From assembly GCF_009914755.1 (NCBI RefSeq), contig NC_060926.1: a DNA stretch of 64,000 bases, one strand, 5' to 3'. Position numbers and translations under genes: made by a program. Positions within the stretch are counted from its first letter, which is position 1, and the number at the start of each line of letters is the position of its first letter. Below are positions 62,545 through 64,000 of the stretch, in pieces. The stretch comes from the human T2T-CHM13v2.0 reference genome, Homo sapiens. The notes under the pieces are model-generated. The model was not told the origin of the DNA. It worked only from the letters and a program-made list of their open reading frames with translations, and searched no databases.

Positions 62545-63614
62545 CTGGCATGGAGTACTTGGAGAAGTCGGGCAGAGTGTGGGAGAAGGAGACGGTGCTG
62601 CCCCCACTGGGACTGGACATGCCGCTGGCGACAGGCGAAGACACCTTCCCATTGATGGTGGCATAGTTGGGGAGGCTGCCTGCCCGGTCTCCCACTGACA
62701 TCCTTCGCTTCTCTGGCAAGGCTGGTGTTGGGCTCCCTTGCCGGAAGGCTGCGGAGTCTGGTGACGGGGAGGTGGCAGGGCTGCTCAGGCCAGGGTAGTA
62801 GGCAGGGGAGACAGGGAAGGAGGGCGTGGAAGGAGCCTGGTAGCCAGAGGCACTGCTCTGCCGGGACAGTGTGGGTCTCCGATCCTCCGGGGTAGAATAG
62901 CCACCATAGGCCACATGCCGGTCCAAGCAGGGGCTGCCGGGAACCACAGATCCAGACCCTCCGAGGTGACGGCCCAGGCTGGGGCTTCCAGGGCTGGCTA
63001 TTGCATTGCTATGAAGACCGGAGGCCAGGTTGCCTTGGTGAGCCCCAGGGTGCCGGCCCAGGCTGGGACTCCCCGGGGTGGTGGCCACTTTGTTGTGGAG
63101 GCCAGAAACCTGGTAGACCCCTGCTGGGTGCCGACACAGGCTGGGGCTCCCCGGGGTGGTCGCTGCACTGCTCTGGGGGCTGGAGACAGTGCTACCATGG
63201 AAGCCAGTGCCTGGTGGACCCATCATCTGGTGATGGCTCAAACTGGGACTGCTGGGGGCAGCCATGCTGGGATTGATGGCCCGCCAGCCGAAGCCAGGAC
63301 TAGGGGGAGTGTTGGTGCCCACTGTTCTGTGGCGCGCCTGAGGGCTCCCAGGCACCGTGTGGACGCCAGCCACACTGAACTGAGCTCGAGCCTGGCTTTC
63401 CGGAGAGGAGCTGAAATGCTGAAGTGAGTAGTCGGGGCTGCTGTAGCTACTGCCCACAGTCGGGAGAGGAGAAGAGCTCTGGTAGTTTCTCTGGGCAGAC
63501 GGGCTGGGCTGTCCCAGGCTGCCTGAGCGGAAGCCAGACTCCAACAGAGGCTGGGTGGGCGTCCGGGGACCCTGGTCACTGCTCTCTCCCGACGGGAAAC
63601 TCCCCACTGAAGTG
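62545..63614 (-). CDS. TNS1: Tensin 1, 1070-bp coding exon (Ser/Pro/Gly-rich disordered region)
   Basis: ctgcag|C ACT TCA GTG GGG AGT TTC... [19 protein letters not shown]...PDFSKYSMP(D)|gtgggc; contained in track ORF 62498-63607; phases join correctly with all downstream exons. Confidence 0.97.
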
Positions 63615-64000
63615 CTGCAGAGAGATGGCAGGTTGCGATGTCAGTGGACAGAACTGAATGAAGGGTGGATTTACAGCAGGCTGTCTGCCCTCCCTCCAAC
63701 CATGAACAACAGTAAGAATGGTCCCACTGGCAGTGCGGAAGGACATCAGGGTTTTATACGTTACCTTACAGAACCATCAGAAGAAGAAACTGAGGCTCAG
63801 GGAGGTTAAGCAGTAGGCTTAGTACCACACTGCTTATAAAAGACCAGGGTTTCAACTTAGCTGTGTCTGATTCCAAAGCCCACGTCTTCCCCACTGCACC
63901 ATGCTCACTCCTGAGCCATGTCAAAGTGAAGAGCCCTCTCCTATCGAAACTGGAGGTGGCTGTCATGTTATAGCCTCCAGCATCACAGAAATTCCTAATG

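Overview
Human (primate) genomic DNA. The right third holds the 3' end of TNS1 (tensin 1, 2q35) on the minus strand. Ten coding exons can be spliced by hand, all with canonical GT-AG boundaries: a 1070-bp Ser/Pro-rich exon, the SH2 exons, the PTB exons and the stop at 47781-47783. A 3' UTR of about 4.7 kb ends near 43110. The left ~28 kb is AT-rich and made almost entirely of nested transposons (L1, MaLR/ERVL LTRs, Alu, MER, a full-length HSMAR2 mariner) plus a disabled RPL7L1 processed pseudogene. From ~28 kb the sequence is GC-richer, with a solo LTR12 (ERV9) element, strong CTCF motifs, MIR/L2 fragments and three long simple-repeat arrays: TG-rich at 38.3 kb, CAC/CA at 48.7-50 kb and GGAT at 53.2-54.5 kb. 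From memory of the locus (not verifiable here), the window starts just upstream of the 5' end of the lncRNA DIRC3. I see no new gene system; the long unexplained ORFs in the track are repeat artefacts. The best leads are regulatory or structural: a divergent-CTCF boundary at a compositional transition, an LTR12 promoter facing left, a branch point apparently supplied by an LTR, very large YCAY and UG arrays around the final PTB exons, alternative polyadenylation, and a SP-motif peptide repeat broken by Trp1197. Repeat subfamily names are by-eye recognition and need RepeatMasker/Dfam confirmation.
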